From: an uncultured Pelagibacteraceae bacterium
Lineage (GTDB): Bacteria; Pseudomonadota; Alphaproteobacteria; Pelagibacterales; Pelagibacteraceae
Direction: 5' to 3'
Length of the DNA stretch: 64,000 nt
Assembly: GCA_902578315.1 (NCBI GenBank)
Contig: CACHCL010000003.1
Location: 22,539-86,538, forward strand
Part shown: one piece after another, positions 60,113 to 64,000 of the stretch
How positions within the stretch are numbered: the first letter of the stretch is position 1
How the letters are laid out: each line of letters starts with the position of its first letter
Program-made: the position numbers and the translations under genes
Notes under the pieces: model-generated
What the model was told of the DNA's origin: nothing
Databases searched by the model: none
Seen by the model: only the letters and a program-made list of their open reading frames with translations

Positions 60113-60645
60113 AAAAAATATTCATTATTTTATTTATGTTCAGTTTTTTTTCAAAAGTTACAGCCGGGAACAATGGCACTGCTTATGATTATGAATTCAA
60201 TAGTATTGATGGAGATATAATTAAACTAAGTCAGTACAAAGGAAAAGTCATTGTAGTTGTAAATGTTGCAAGTAGATGTGGCTACACACCTCAATATGAA
60301 AATCTTCAGGTATTATGGTCTAAATATAAAAGTAAAAACTTAGTTGTTTTAGGTATCCCAACTAATAACTTCAGACAAGAACCAGGTAATAATAAAGAAA
60401 TAAAAAATTTTTGTGAAACAAATTTTGGAATTACATTTCCTATGACTGAAAAGACCAATGTAATAGGCAATAATTCGCATCCATTTTATAAATGGGCAAG
60501 AAAAGATTATGGCATTGGTGCAATACCGAAGTGGAATTTCCATAAAATAATAATTGGAAAAGACGGGAAAGTTGCTAAAACATTTTCTTCAATAACAAAC
60601 CCATCATCAAAAAAGTTTTTAAAAGTCATTGATGAATTAATTTAA
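60109..60645 (+). CDS. Glutathione peroxidase (exported, Cys type)
   Basis: VNVASRCGYTPQY, QEPG, KWNFHK; signal peptide. Confidence 0.93.
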   Translation: MKKIFIILFMFSFFSKVTAGNNGTAYDYEFNSIDGDIIKLSQYKGKVIVVVNVASRCGYTPQYENLQVLWSKYKSKNLVVLGIPTNNFRQEPGNNKEIKNFCETNFGITFPMTEKTNVIGNNSHPFYKWARKDYGIGAIPKWNFHKIIIGKDGKVAKTFSSITNPSSKKFLKVIDELI

Positions 60646-61409
60646 TATCTAAAAGTTAAACCATCGTATGCCGGAAGTATATTTTTAGGTAGTTTCTTTT
60701 TTAATTCAGAATAATCTAAATCTGTATGTAAATTTGTAAGAATTGCTTTTTTAGGTTTAGTCAAATTTATTAAATCTAAAGCTTGATCTAAATTAAAATG
60801 AGATGGATGTTTATTAATCTTCAAACAATCTAAAATTAAATAGTTAAGATTTTTAAGATATTTCAAATTTTTTATAGGTACTTTATTACAATCACTAATA
60901 TATGCAATCTTATCCATTACATAAGCCGTTGACTCAATTAATCCATGAGTTACATCAAACGCTTTGATATGTAATCTTGTATTATTTTTTCTTATAAAAA
61001 AATCTTTATTTATGATTTTAGCTTTCATAATAGGTTTATACCCCTGCTTTTCTTTAAAACAAAAACTGTAAGACCTTTTTAATGCTCTAATTGTTTTGCG
61101 ACTACCATAAATAGGGATTTTGGATTTATTTTTCCAGTAAAATGGTCTCATTTCAAAAATGCCGGCTGTTTGATCGGCATGCTCATGAGTGTAAATAATA
61201 GAGTCAAGATTCTTAATTTTATTCTTAAGAAATTGGTATTTTATATCAGGGGAAGTATCTATTAAAACTGATAAATTTCCTTTTTGAATATGAGCACAGC
61301 ATCTAGTTCTAAAGTTTTTTGGATTTTTACTTAAATTTCCTTTATAGTTAGTTATCCAGGGTGCTCCTAATGAACTCCCGCATCCTAAAATTGTAAATTT
61401 ACTCTTCAA
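60642..61409 (-). CDS. MBL-fold metallo-hydrolase (PhnP/YcfH-adjacent family)
   Basis: LGCGSS.G.P, IDTSPD, THEHAD, SHF; follows tatD. Confidence 0.88.
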   Translation of the reverse strand: MKSKFTILGCGSSLGAPWITNYKGNLSKNPKNFRTRCCAHIQKGNLSVLIDTSPDIKYQFLKNKIKNLDSIIYTHEHADQTAGIFEMRPFYWKNKSKIPIYGSRKTIRALKRSYSFCFKEKQGYKPIMKAKIINKDFFIRKNNTRLHIKAFDVTHGLIESTAYVMDKIAYISDCNKVPIKNLKYLKNLNYLILDCLKINKHPSHFNLDQALDLINLTKPKKAILTNLHTDLDYSELKKKLPKNILPAYDGLTFRY

Positions 61410-62188
61410 TTTAATTTTCCAAACAAGTTAAAAAAATTATTAGTTGTAATGTTTGAAAACGTTTCAAAAGATATTTTTTTAAGATCAGATAAAAATTTTA
61501 CTGTATGTATAATATAACTTGGCTCATTCGGTTTACCTCTTAAGGGCACTGGAGCAAGATATGGTGCGTCTGTCTCAACTAATATTTTATCATTTGGTAT
61601 ATCTTTAAAAGTATTAGCTAAATCTTGTGATTTATTGAACGTAACTACACCGCTAGCAGATATATAGGCACCTAAGTCTAATAACTTAAAAGCAAAACTT
61701 CTTGAACCAGTAAAGCAATGAATAAGTATCTTTGTTTTTTTTATTTTCAAATGCTTTCGTAAAATTTCAATAGTTTCATTTTCAGCTGATCTTGTGTGGA
61801 CTATAAGTGGCAAATCTTTTTCTTGAGCAGCTGATATATGTTGCTCAAATGAATTAATTTGATCATTTTTTTCAGAATGGTTGTAATAAAAATCTAATCC
61901 AGTTTCACCAATACCAATAATCTTTTTATTTTGGTTAACTTTATTAATAATATCTTGACTTTTAATATTTTGGTGTAATTTAGCTTCATGGGGGTGAATA
62001 CCGTATGTTCCATATACACTTTGGTATTCTTCAACAATTTTAAGTATTTTATCATAACTTTTATCTTCTGTTGAAATAGTGAGCATATACTTCACACCAT
62101 CTCTATTCGCTCTTTCTATTGTTTTTTGCAAAGAGTTTGACATAGGTTCGTAAGTTAAATGGCAGTGAGAATCAATTATCATTTTCAA
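61406..62188 (-). CDS. tatD: TatD family hydrolase
   Basis: DSHCHL, GIHPH, GETGLD, HCFTG, ETDAPYLAP. Confidence 0.95.
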   Translation of the reverse strand: MKMIIDSHCHLTYEPMSNSLQKTIERANRDGVKYMLTISTEDKSYDKILKIVEEYQSVYGTYGIHPHEAKLHQNIKSQDIINKVNQNKKIIGIGETGLDFYYNHSEKNDQINSFEQHISAAQEKDLPLIVHTRSAENETIEILRKHLKIKKTKILIHCFTGSRSFAFKLLDLGAYISASGVVTFNKSQDLANTFKDIPNDKILVETDAPYLAPVPLRGKPNEPSYIIHTVKFLSDLKKISFETFSNITTNNFFNLFGKLN

Positions 62189-63713
62189 TCTTTTTAAATA
62201 ATATATCTAAACTTTTCAATTCAGAATTACAGTCTAAAATATTATCTTTTTTAATACTGTCTATTAGAATATCCTTATCAGATATATTTATTGTATTTAA
62301 AACTTTTTTAGTAGAAATCGGTATTATTGGGTTCAATAAAATTGAAATATTTTTAATTTGTTCCACAATTGTATATAAAATTGCATGCATTCTAGTTTGA
62401 TCTTTTTTTTTGAAGGCCCAAGGCTCTGAGTCATTAAAATATTTGTTGGCTTCAAAAGAAAAATTAACAACTTTTTTAATATACTCGTTTAAATTTTGTT
62501 TGTTAATATATTCGACAAGTTTAGGAATGTTGTTTTTAATGTTATTAATCAGTTTTATATCATCTTCTTTCAAATCGACTTTATTTGGAATTTTATTATC
62601 ACAATTTTTTTTTATAAATGCAAAAACTCTTTGACATAAATTACCATAATTATTGGCTAGATCATTATTGATACAGTTTTTAAGATTCTCCATTGAAATA
62701 CTTCCATCGTTTCCTAATGAAACATCTTTAATCAAATAATATCTCAACTGGTCAATTCCATAATTTTCTATTATTTCAATAGGATCTAAAATATTTCCAA
62801 GTGATTTAGACATCTTCTTGTCATCTGAAAGTATCCAACCATGTCCAAAAACTCTTTTAGGTAATGGCAAGTTTGCAGCAAGTAAAAAAGCCGGCCAATA
62901 AACAGCATGAAATCTTAATATATCTTTACCAATTATATGGACATCAGCAGGCCAAAAAGATTTATACATTTTATCGTCAGTGTTGGGAAAGTTTAGTGCA
63001 CTCAAATAATTTGTTAACGCATCAAGCCAAACATAAATAACATGTTTTTTATTTTCAGGAACTGGTATACCCCAAGAAAATGATGTTCTGCTAATTGACA
63101 AATCTTTTAAACCCTTTTCGACAAAACTTACTACTTCATTTTTTCTAGATGCGGGTAAAATAAAATCTTCATTCTTTTTATAATGATCTAATAATTTTTT
63201 TTGAAATTTCGATAATTTAAAAAAGTAGGACTCCTCCTCTACCCACTCGACCGTAGAGCCAGAAATTTTAGATATTTTTTTTCCATCTTTATCTTCGATT
63301 TCATCTTTATCATAATACGCTTCATCTGAAACTGAATACCACCCACTATATTTATCTAAATAGATATCTCCTGAATTAATCAGCCTTGTCCAAATTTCCT
63401 TTACTGATTTAAAATGTCGAGGTTCTGTAGTTCTGATGAAATCATTATTTGTTAAATTTAATATCTTAGTTAAAGATCTAAATGTTTCAGATATTTCATC
63501 ACAGAATATTTTAGGTTCTTTTTTATTTTTCTCTGCTTCTTTTTGAATTTTTTGTCCATGTTCATCTGTGCCAGTTAAAAAATAAACATTGTAACCTTCT
63601 ATTCTTTTAAATCTTGCAAAAATATCTGCTAAAATACTGGAATAAGCATGTCCCATATGTGGCTTACCAGAGGGATAATAGATAGGTGTTGTAATATAAA
63701 AATTCTTACTCAT
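62172..63713 (-). CDS. metG: Methionine-tRNA ligase
   Basis: YITTPIYY, HMGH, GTDEHG, YVWLDAL, KMSKS. Confidence 0.97.
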   Translation of the reverse strand: MSKNFYITTPIYYPSGKPHMGHAYSSILADIFARFKRIEGYNVYFLTGTDEHGQKIQKEAEKNKKEPKIFCDEISETFRSLTKILNLTNNDFIRTTEPRHFKSVKEIWTRLINSGDIYLDKYSGWYSVSDEAYYDKDEIEDKDGKKISKISGSTVEWVEEESYFFKLSKFQKKLLDHYKKNEDFILPASRKNEVVSFVEKGLKDLSISRTSFSWGIPVPENKKHVIYVWLDALTNYLSALNFPNTDDKMYKSFWPADVHIIGKDILRFHAVYWPAFLLAANLPLPKRVFGHGWILSDDKKMSKSLGNILDPIEIIENYGIDQLRYYLIKDVSLGNDGSISMENLKNCINNDLANNYGNLCQRVFAFIKKNCDNKIPNKVDLKEDDIKLINNIKNNIPKLVEYINKQNLNEYIKKVVNFSFEANKYFNDSEPWAFKKKDQTRMHAILYTIVEQIKNISILLNPIIPISTKKVLNTINISDKDILIDSIKKDNILDCNSELKSLDILFKKIENDN

Positions 63714-64000
63714 AAATATTTTTTTCTATAGAATTTAATAAACTATTTTGATTAAGGTTATAGACAAAAAAATTATCTATATTTTCTAGTATATTAAGTC
63801 TTTTATCTAATAAATTAGTGCTATTAACAAAATTATTCTTTAAATGTGACTGGAAATAATATTCAGATAAAAATATTAAAAGATCTTTAAAAAAAATATC
63901 TTTTTCTTTTTTATAAATTTTCAAAATAATCTTAACATTTTCTAAAAAATTACTCTTCAAATTCATTTTATTTTCACCAAAAAAATGATTGTACTTTAAA
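63706..64000 (-). CDS. holB: Probable DNA polymerase III delta' subunit, C-terminal part, truncated by window edge
   Basis: Frame stays open to the window edge; C-terminal YNLN motif; conserved holB-metG-tatD-MBL order. Confidence 0.6.
   Translation of the reverse strand, partial: LKYNHFFGENKMNLKSNFLENVKIILKIYKKEKDIFFKDLLIFLSEYYFQSHLKNNFVNSTNLLDKRLNILENIDNFFVYNLNQNSLLNSIEKNIYE

Overview
AT-rich, densely packed alphaproteobacterial chromosome segment. Gene content, stop/start overlaps and protein style point to SAR11/Pelagibacterales (inferred, not searched). Most of the window is housekeeping: umuDC, thiV, slt, dapA-smpB-folK-spoT-pyrE-pdxJ-acpS-lepB-rnc-recO, hemB, rpiB-glyA-nrdR-rib-nusB, hppA, plsX-ihfA, rplM-rpsI, argC, hom, glpX, recJ, nhaA, tatD, metG and holB. 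It also holds three tRNAs (Ser-GCT, Glu-TTC, Pro-TGG), a TPP riboswitch and a LexA box. Four features stand out. (1) A lone Cre/IntA-like tyrosine recombinase has a 15-7-15 inverted-repeat site abutting its start codon, a candidate single-recombinase dif system at the replication terminus. (2) An 839-bp integrase-free mini-element sits in tRNA-Glu with 36-bp att repeats, paired TGNGTC arm-type repeats and two cargo genes. (3) A myo-inositol cluster has iolG/E/D but no iolB/C/J/A in the window. (4) A 412-bp intergenic region is structured and carries a perfect DnaA box. Several normally syntenic genes (rpoZ, era, thiL, fabH) are cleanly absent from their usual positions. All calls come from motif recognition by eye; no database searches were run.
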